Shown: piece after piece, positions 53,147-53,729 of the stretch
Layout: every line of letters begins with the position of its first letter
Numbering within the stretch: position 1 is the stretch's first letter
Assembly (NCBI RefSeq): GCF_006345805.1
Contig: NW_021835179.1
Span: 1 to 53,729, forward strand
Direction of reading: 5' to 3'
Source of the DNA: Octopus sinensis
Taxonomy: Eukaryota
DNA length: 53,729 nucleotides
Translations under genes and position numbers: made by a program
Notes under the pieces: generated by a model
What the model saw: only the letters and a program-made list of their open reading frames with translations
What the model was told of the DNA's origin: nothing
Database searches by the model: none

Positions 53147-53689
53147 ACTCATAGACAACTATATGGCCGCAGTCAAGTAAAAGAATAAAGGAATAAAACA
53201 GAGACAGACACGTAAACTCATATTCCTGTATTCCTGTATTTTTGTATTCTTGTATATTCCTTTATTGGCATCAGTCACAGGACTGCAGCCATGCTGGAGC
53301 ACCGTCTGTAAGGGTATCCAGTCGATCATATTGACATTTGTACTTATTTCTGCCTGTTACTTATTCTTTGATCAATATCTCTAGTGTCGAACCTCTATGT
53401 TTGCAGATATAAGGAACAGCAACAGTTTTACTTTGACATTGACTGGTGAAAGTGTTAATAAATACACACACGCAGACATACACAAATAGACGCATACATA
53501 TACACATATGTATATACTCACATATTACATACACATATATATGTAAACATTTATATATATATATATATATATCTATATATATATATATATACTTCTATAT
53601 ATATGCCTCTGTGTGTGTACGTATGAGTGTGTACATATGTATATATACATTTGTATGTGTATATGTCTGCGTATGTACGAATGTATGTA

Positions 53690-53729
<40 letters not shown>

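Overview
AT-rich, microsatellite-saturated animal genomic DNA. The tRNA-derived SINE families and the (TA)n/(CA)n/(TACA)n/(AAT)n load resemble an Octopus-type cephalopod genome (inference, no search run). No intact protein-coding gene is visible, and almost all ORFs in the track are translations of simple repeats. Recognisable content: many SINE copies; decayed Tc1, mariner and DD37D-like transposases; Merlin-, pogo-, mariner-type MITEs; a non-autonomous Helitron; LINE fragments; two Penelope-like element (PLE) GIY-YIG endonuclease remnants; and several candidate minus-strand exons with good splice signals. The most notable structure is a set of about 15 minimal type I hammerhead ribozyme (HHR) motifs, roughly half with an intact catalytic core. 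They sit in short tandem or fold-back elements that are mostly embedded in (TA)n tracts, consistent with PLE pseudo-LTR or retrozyme-like non-autonomous elements from several unrelated families. Two ~0.4-1 kb near-identical tandem duplications differ mainly by single-base indels and may be assembly artefacts.
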